DNA of 64,000 bases from Chloroflexota bacterium (GTDB taxonomy: Bacteria > Chloroflexota > Anaerolineae > UBA1429). A program made the translations under genes and the position numbers. Numbering within the stretch: the first letter of the stretch is position 1; every line of letters starts with the position of its first letter. Shown in pieces: positions 57,424 through 64,000 of this stretch. The notes under the pieces are model-generated. The model searched no databases. It saw only the letters and a list, made by a program, of their open reading frames with translations, and was not told where the DNA came from. The DNA is taken from the NCBI GenBank assembly GCA_036803245.1, contig DAIRUQ010000002.1, positions 10,723 to 74,722 on the forward strand, given 5' to 3'.

Positions 57424-58998
57424 ATGCCAAGGGAACGCATCGTCGTTGCCGATGACGTCACCGAGATCCGAGAGCTTTGCCAGAGGGCACTAGAGGCCCA
57501 GGATTATCGCGTGTTCACCGCTCAGAACGGCGAAGAGGCAGTTGCCATCGCCTCGGAGCATCCAGTCGACCTGCTGATCACCGACCTACGGATGCCGCGG
57601 CTCACCGGGCTAGATGCCTACCGACGCATGCGCGAGCACCGCCCCGACCTGCTCGCCATTGTGATGACCGGCTATGGCACCATGGATAGCGCCATCGAGG
57701 CGCTCAAGTTGGGAGCTTACGAGTTCCTTCTCAAGCCCTTTAGCCCACGCGATCTCATCAGCGCCGTGGAGCGGACCCTATCTCGGCGTCGGCTCGAATT
57801 GCAGAACGCCCGGCTAAAGGCCTTTATCCCCTTGTTCGACCTGAGCCAGGTCGCTAGCAGCGCCAAAGCGGCCAGCGCCCTGCCACAACGCACCCTAGAG
57901 ATCGCTCACCAAGAGACCGCAGCCACCAAGGCCACACTGGTCCGCCTGGATGGCCAGCAGAGGTTGGTGCTCCATGCCAGCATCGGGTGCGACGGAGGCG
58001 ACCTCGCAAGCTGCTTAGGCCACGGATCCGCCACTCCAGCCATGCTGGCGACACGCGAACCAGTCGTGTTCGACCGCACAACCGCGGATGAGTGGTCGCC
58101 CCTTTTGGGCGACGGCGCGTTGGGCCCAGGCATCGTGCAGCCGCTCGTTCACCGAGACCAACTTCTGGGCTATATCTCGGTGGCCCGTCAGCCAGGCGAT
58201 CCTGCCTTCACCCGAGACGAAGCCGAGTTCCTCTCGGTGCTCGGCAGCCAAGCGGCCGTCGCCCTCGAAAACTCTGCTTTGCTGCGCCAACTGCAGGATG
58301 CCTACGACCGCCTCGCAGAGATGGACCACCTAAAGAGCGAGTTCATCAGCATCGCCGCACACGAGCTACGCACCCCATTGGCCGTCATTCTGGCCTATGC
58401 CGCCCTCCTCGAAGAAGAAGCCACGGGCTCCGTGCAAGAGCACCTCGGCCAGGTGGTCATGGCCGCCATGCAGCTCAAATCGATCATTGACGAAATGGTG
58501 AGTCTGCGGCGGATCGACACTGGCGAACAGCAGATCGAGCTGACCTCGGTGTCTATTCCAGCGATCGTTCAGGGAGTCCTGCAAGAGCAGCAGCCCCTTA
58601 TCCACCAGAAGAACCAACAGGTCGCCCTGGAGATCGCCCCCGACACGCCAGCCGCGTGCGCCGACGATCAGGTGGTCTCGTTGATATTGAGCAATCTGAT
58701 CTCCAACGCCATCAAGTTCACGCCCGCGGGCGGCGCCATCGGCATCAGCGTCTCGTGCAACGGCGAGACGGTGGTCTCTTGCATCCGCGACTCGGGCGTC
58801 GGCATCCCTCCTGACCAACTGGAGCGGGTGTTCGAGCGGTTCTACCAGGTCGAGCCGTCGCTACGCCGTCGGCATGGCGGGATCGGCCTAGGCCTCTCCA
58901 TCGCACGCGAGATGGCGGACCTGATCGACGGCCGCATCTGGGCCGAGAGCCCGCCCGATGGCGGCGCAGCGTTCTACCTGAGCCTGCCCCGCGCCTAG
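57424..58998 (+). CDS. Hybrid sensor histidine kinase: N-terminal receiver domain, GAF-like domain, HisKA and HATPase_c
   Basis: REC (VDLLITDLRMPRLTG), H-box IAAHELRTPLAVI, N/G-box regions (LISNAIKFTPAGGAI, DSGVGIPP, GGIGLGLSIAREM). Confidence 0.9.
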   Translation: MPRERIVVADDVTEIRELCQRALEAQDYRVFTAQNGEEAVAIASEHPVDLLITDLRMPRLTGLDAYRRMREHRPDLLAIVMTGYGTMDSAIEALKLGAYEFLLKPFSPRDLISAVERTLSRRRLELQNARLKAFIPLFDLSQVASSAKAASALPQRTLEIAHQETAATKATLVRLDGQQRLVLHASIGCDGGDLASCLGHGSATPAMLATREPVVFDRTTADEWSPLLGDGALGPGIVQPLVHRDQLLGYISVARQPGDPAFTRDEAEFLSVLGSQAAVALENSALLRQLQDAYDRLAEMDHLKSEFISIAAHELRTPLAVILAYAALLEEEATGSVQEHLGQVVMAAMQLKSIIDEMVSLRRIDTGEQQIELTSVSIPAIVQGVLQEQQPLIHQKNQQVALEIAPDTPAACADDQVVSLILSNLISNAIKFTPAGGAIGISVSCNGETVVSCIRDSGVGIPPDQLERVFERFYQVEPSLRRRHGGIGLGLSIAREMADLIDGRIWAESPPDGGAAFYLSLPRA

Positions 58999-59031
58999 CC
59001 GTTCACCAGAGCCGTGCGCCTCGCGAGCCTA

Positions 59032-59040
59032 TGGTATAAT
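59032..59040 (+). promoter_or_regulatory. Extended -10 element (TGgTATAAT) upstream of the FemAB-family gene
   Basis: Direct read. No good -35 at 17 nt, but a TG dinucleotide sits 1 nt upstream of TATAAT. Confidence 0.35.
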
Positions 59041-59081
59041 CCCCTCATAGCTGGAATCCACCCTTCCAAAGGAGGCCCTCT

Positions 59082-60119
59082 TTGCGTGTCCTGGATTCGA
59101 CCAGCGACAGCTTTCCCGCGCCGATCTCTTGGGACGCGTTCGTCGCCCAAGACTCGCGCGGTCATCTCTTGCAGACCTGGGCTTGGGGAGAGCTCAAGGG
59201 CGCGTTCGGCTGGACCCCCATCCGCGTCGGGGTTGAGCGCGATGGCTCTTTGGTAGCAGGCGCCCAGCTCTTGTTTCGACGCATGGGTCCCTTTACCGTC
59301 GGCTATGCCCCCAAGGGGCCCGTCCTGCTCGACGACGACCCCTCCACGGTGAGCGCCTTGTTCCAGGCGTTGCATGACCAAGCCTCACGTCGCCGTTGCG
59401 CTTGGTTAACGGTAGAGCCCGAGTGGTTCGATGACGAAGACGACCGCGTGGCCTGGCTGACCACACGAGGGCTACAGCCCAGCCCCCTCTGCGTGCAACC
59501 GCGGCGCACCGTGATGGTCGACCTGGCGCCCGACGAGGACGAGCTCCTGGCGGCCATGAAACCCAAGTGGCGCTATAACATTCGGCTCTCTATGCGACGC
59601 GGCGTGCAGGTCGACCAGGTGGAGGCCGACGGCCTGGACGCCTTCTATCAGCTCATGCGCATCACTGGCGCCCGCGACGATTTCGGCATCCATAGCGAGA
59701 GCTACTACCGAGCCGCCTGGGAGCTATTTGCGCCGCTGGGACGGGTAACGCTGCTGCAAGCTTCCTACGATGGCGAACCCCTGGCCGCGCTCATGCCCTT
59801 TGCCTATAACGGGCAGGCCTGGTACATGTACGGAGCATCGTCCAACGAGCGCCGCGAGCTGATGCCCAACCACCAGCTCCAATGGCGCGCGATGCTCTGG
59901 GCCAAGGAGCGGGGCTGCTCCGTGTACGACCTGTGGGGTATCCCCGACGTGGAAGGCGATGACAGCGGAGACGACGATCTCTCTGGGGTCGGGCGCTTCA
60001 AGGGCGGGTTCGGCGGGCGTGCCGTGCGCTATGTGGGCGCCTATGCCGACATCCTGCTATCGCCCGTCTACCGCCTGGCGATGTGGGCCCGTCGGTTCCG
60101 TTCGCAGCGCGGAGGATGA
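59082..60119 (+). CDS. FemAB-family protein (peptidoglycan interpeptide bridge aminoacyltransferase-like)
   Basis: TTG start with AAAGGAGG RBS. WAWGELKGAFGWTPIRV...MKPKWRYNIR matches the FemX/lipid II glycyltransferase (Acetyltransf_6) pattern. Confidence 0.75.
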   Translation: MRVLDSTSDSFPAPISWDAFVAQDSRGHLLQTWAWGELKGAFGWTPIRVGVERDGSLVAGAQLLFRRMGPFTVGYAPKGPVLLDDDPSTVSALFQALHDQASRRRCAWLTVEPEWFDDEDDRVAWLTTRGLQPSPLCVQPRRTVMVDLAPDEDELLAAMKPKWRYNIRLSMRRGVQVDQVEADGLDAFYQLMRITGARDDFGIHSESYYRAAWELFAPLGRVTLLQASYDGEPLAALMPFAYNGQAWYMYGASSNERRELMPNHQLQWRAMLWAKERGCSVYDLWGIPDVEGDDSGDDDLSGVGRFKGGFGGRAVRYVGAYADILLSPVYRLAMWARRFRSQRGG

Positions 60120-60135
60120 TCTACGCAGCAAGATA

Positions 60136-60170
60136 AAGAGGGTGGCGCATCGAGCGCCACCCTCTTTTGA
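60136..60170. terminator. Bidirectional rho-independent terminator between the FemAB-family gene (+) and gap (-)
   Basis: AAGAGGGTGGCGCatcgaGCGCCACCCTCTT is a perfect 13-bp stem. It is followed by TTTGATT on the plus strand and TTATCTT on the minus strand. Confidence 0.6.
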
Positions 60171-60191
60171 TTCGCGAGACAGCCAGAAGGG

Positions 60192-61205
<1,014 letters not shown>

Positions 61206-61362
61206 TTATGCTGCCCCTTTCCTCTGTACTGCTTCTTGCTAGACCCGACCAACAACCACCACTGTCCAATGGGTGGCAAGCCAGCAGGTCGCCAAGAATT
61301 CAGTCGTGACTCACTCCGAACCTAGTATAGGAGATGCCCACGCCATCGTCAAAGCAGCGACC

Positions 61363-63192
61363 CTAGAAGACCATGGACTCGGCGAACTGGTCCTGGAACT
61401 CGGGCAGCGTCGATAGCTCCAGGTACTCGACCAGATCGACGATCTCGTGCGTCTCCTCGCGGGCCGCTCGCGAAAGCAGCGCCAGCTTGGCCCCCGATCC
61501 CGCCGCATTGCCTACCGGCACGATCTCGGCGTTGGGCAGAACGGGAATCAGGCCGATCCTCAAGGCGCTCTCGGGCTTGATATAGTTGCCAAAGGCCCCG
61601 GCCAGATACACACGAGTCACATCACCATAGCCGATGCCGAGCTCTTTCAGCAGGATCTCGATGCCTGCCCGGATCGCTCCCTTGGCCAGCTGCAGCTCGC
61701 GGATGTCGCGCTGGCTCACGCGCACCGGACGACCGTCCGCGCCCTCATGGGGCAGCACGAGATCAAAGGCCCGATGCCGCCCCTCGCTACGGATGCGCTC
61801 TGCCAGGCAGTTCTGCCCCAGCTCAAGAAGCTGCTGGGCATCACGCATCATGCCCGATTCGCGCAGGATCTGCGCCTCCAGCATCTGAGCCACCAGGTCC
61901 ACAAGCCCCGATCCACAAATGCCCCGAGGAGGCGTGTTCTCGATAGTCCGCCAATGCACGTCGCCGTTGATCGAGACCTGATCGATAGCGCCGCTGGCCG
62001 CTCGCATGCCACATGAGAGGTGCGCCCCCTCAAAAGCCGGGCCGGCCGCCGTCGAGCAGGCCACCAGGCGGTGACGCGATCCCAGCGTCATCTCACCATT
62101 GGTGCCGATATCGATGGCCAGGCTGATGCCCTCATCCCGATGCTGCCCGGTGGCCAGGATGACGCCGACGGTGTCGGCACCCACCCACCCCGCAATGCTT
62201 GCCAGCGCCCACACAGGCGCCTCGGGATGGATCGCCAAGCCCAGCCGCTGCGCGGGAAGGGACACGGCCTCAGCCACCACCGGTACATAGGGCGATCGGG
62301 CCAGCGCCGAGGGATCAACACCGAGGAGCAAATGCTGCATGGTGGTGTTGCCCACCAAGGTTAGCCCATAGACGCGTTGCGAGGGCACGCCGGCCTGTTG
62401 ACATGCAGCGATCGCGAGGCCATTAATGGCGCCGATCACGCTCTTCTGTAGCTGCTGAAGACCGTTAGCGGACGCCGTGATATGCTGAATCCGCGAGACC
62501 ACGTCGTCGCCGAACTGGGTCTGCGGATTGAGCGCCGACGCCACTGCCAGCTCTTTGCCCGTGACCAGATCCATGAGGTAGCCGACGATGGTGGTTGTGC
62601 CCAGGTCGTAGGCCATCCCCAGTAGCGGACCGTCATCTGTGCCAGCAAGGACGTCGATCACCTCGCCGTCGGCCACGATCAGGGTGATGAGCCCATCCTG
62701 ACCGCGCAAGGCGGCTGGCAAGGACTGCAGCGCGCCGAGGCTGATCCGCAGCTCATCGGAATCGAGTGCCCGCCAGGCCCGACGAAGGGCTTCGGCATCG
62801 TTCGTCTGATCCTCCAGGGTCGCCGGCGGCACGTACAAGGTCACCCGACGGATCCACGGGTCCAACGTCACCTCGCGGGTGAACCCCTGCGAGAGAATGC
62901 TGACACTGTACACCTGGGAGCCCTCGGGCACCCGTACCAGGAGGTCATCCTCCACCATCGCCTGACAGGCCAGGCGATACCCATTCTCGATCTCTTCGGG
63001 CGATAGGTGCCGCCGCTCGGCCTCGGTTAGCGGCCCCGCATCGCCGCTAACCACCACGCGGCACTTGCCGCAGGTGCCCCGCCCCCCGCAAGGGGACTCG
63101 AGGGCCACTCCCGCCTCGCGGGAGGCATCCAGTAGCGATGTATGCGCAGGTACCTCGATGAGGGCCCCGCTGGGCTGGAACTTGACTCGCAT
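61363..63192 (-). CDS. ASKHA-fold protein with N-terminal plant-type 2Fe-2S ferredoxin domain (RACo-like corrinoid reductive activase, DUF4445 family)
   Basis: N-terminal CGGRGTCGKCRV...LACQ 2Fe-2S motif followed by a roughly 500-aa actin/HSP70-like ATPase region, as in reductive activators of corrinoid proteins. Confidence 0.75.
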   Translation of the reverse strand: MRVKFQPSGALIEVPAHTSLLDASREAGVALESPCGGRGTCGKCRVVVSGDAGPLTEAERRHLSPEEIENGYRLACQAMVEDDLLVRVPEGSQVYSVSILSQGFTREVTLDPWIRRVTLYVPPATLEDQTNDAEALRRAWRALDSDELRISLGALQSLPAALRGQDGLITLIVADGEVIDVLAGTDDGPLLGMAYDLGTTTIVGYLMDLVTGKELAVASALNPQTQFGDDVVSRIQHITASANGLQQLQKSVIGAINGLAIAACQQAGVPSQRVYGLTLVGNTTMQHLLLGVDPSALARSPYVPVVAEAVSLPAQRLGLAIHPEAPVWALASIAGWVGADTVGVILATGQHRDEGISLAIDIGTNGEMTLGSRHRLVACSTAAGPAFEGAHLSCGMRAASGAIDQVSINGDVHWRTIENTPPRGICGSGLVDLVAQMLEAQILRESGMMRDAQQLLELGQNCLAERIRSEGRHRAFDLVLPHEGADGRPVRVSQRDIRELQLAKGAIRAGIEILLKELGIGYGDVTRVYLAGAFGNYIKPESALRIGLIPVLPNAEIVPVGNAAGSGAKLALLSRAAREETHEIVDLVEYLELSTLPEFQDQFAESMVF

Positions 63193-63207
63193 AGCCTGAC
63201 TCTTTTC

Positions 63208-63924
63208 TTAGGTCGCTTTCTCGAACACAAGCAGATGGGACAGACCGAACCACTGAAGCGGCGTGGGCTCTAGCGCGTACGTCACCCGCCGCAGGAACCG
63301 CGCCAGTCGTGGGCGACGCTCCATGAGCTCGTCGTACCCGGCATAGATGCAGCGATGCTCGACGATGCGCCCTGGCAGCTCCGCAAAGAGCGAGCGCAAC
63401 CCCCGCCGGGTATAGGCCCGGACGTGCGGACAGAATCGGTTGCGGAGCGGGTTGGGCAAGTAGTTGACCAGAGGGACATTGCCAAAGTGGTACGAGCCGC
63501 CCCAGAAGGCACCATGCGTCTCAAAGGGGTACCATCGGTTGGGGCAGAAAACGACCATGCGGCCGCCAGGTTTGAGAACGCGGAACGCCTCTCGCACCGC
63601 CAGGGCATCGTCGTCCACATGCTCGATCACCTCGTGCGAGAGCACCAGATCGAACACGCCATCCCTGTAGGGAAGCCCCGTGACCGACGCCACCAGGCAC
63701 CCCTCCACCGCCGTCGCCTTTTCCAGGTCCAGGTCCACCCCGTAGGTTTCTGCGCCAGCTTCGCGCATCTGAGCGACGTACAGGCCCAGACCGCTGCCAG
63801 CGTCCAAGACGCGAGCGCCCTCTAGCACAGCGTACCGCTGGATGAACCCGAGGCGACGAGACTGGCCCTCTCGCCACACATAGCTGGGATGACCTAGTAC
63901 AATGGCGTCGTCGTTGTTTGGCAT
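63208..63924 (-). CDS. Class I SAM-dependent methyltransferase
   Basis: VLDAGSGLGLY motif I (GxGxG), acidic motif II (YGVDLD) and FDLVLSHEVIEHV motif. Lies 15 nt upstream of the RACo-like gene on the same strand. Confidence 0.85.
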   Translation of the reverse strand: MPNNDDAIVLGHPSYVWREGQSRRLGFIQRYAVLEGARVLDAGSGLGLYVAQMREAGAETYGVDLDLEKATAVEGCLVASVTGLPYRDGVFDLVLSHEVIEHVDDDALAVREAFRVLKPGGRMVVFCPNRWYPFETHGAFWGGSYHFGNVPLVNYLPNPLRNRFCPHVRAYTRRGLRSLFAELPGRIVEHRCIYAGYDELMERRPRLARFLRRVTYALEPTPLQWFGLSHLLVFEKAT

Positions 63925-64000
63925 GTCTGCTCCTGAGGCAGAATCTTATACCCCTCCGACGCATGGGGCAAGTCATCCCAGGCATACGCGCGTTTGGTGA

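Overview
This 64-kb window is high-GC, gene-dense bacterial chromosome with about 58 CDS and 2 tRNAs. By inference it is probably Chloroflexota-like, because it carries DUF3048 lipoproteins, a FemAB-family protein, large membrane-anchored clostripain-like proteins and many Pro/Thr linkers. Most six-frame ORFs overlap antisense to real genes and are GC-driven artefacts. I found no CRISPR array, integrase, transposase or rRNA. Recognisable housekeeping genes are lon, mfd, pth, argJ, rpoD, gap, queD, galK and rfbB. Also present are an ECF sigma/anti-sigma pair, a two-component system, a polysaccharide block (one polyprenyl sugar phosphotransferase and two GT4 glycosyltransferases), tRNA-Leu(UAA) and tRNA-Met(CAT). 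The loci that most deserve follow-up are: (1) an eight-gene same-strand putative organic-acid/sugar-acid catabolic cluster at 34.9-43.1 kb that starts right after tRNA-Leu, mixes unusual enzyme families and has no regulator; (2) a cyclase / B12-binding radical SAM / dTDP-glucose 4,6-dehydratase operon that converges on GT2, galK and a HAD hydrolase; (3) a PmoA-family(DUF6807)/TIM-barrel pair followed by an MBL lipoprotein and a sulfatase with no signal peptide; (4) a five-gene block at 45.2-50.8 kb with a patatin phospholipase, two alpha/beta hydrolases and two unknown proteins, between a near-consensus promoter and tRNA-Met; (5) a membrane-anchored clostripain(C11)-like peptidase followed by an orphan MoxR ATPase; (6) a tandem CxxC..CxxH zinc protein transcribed divergently from rpoD across a 470-nt untranslated region that holds a terminator-like hairpin; (7) a RACo-like 2Fe-2S/ASKHA protein paired with a class I methyltransferase. 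All functional calls rest on motifs read from the translations; no database searches were run.
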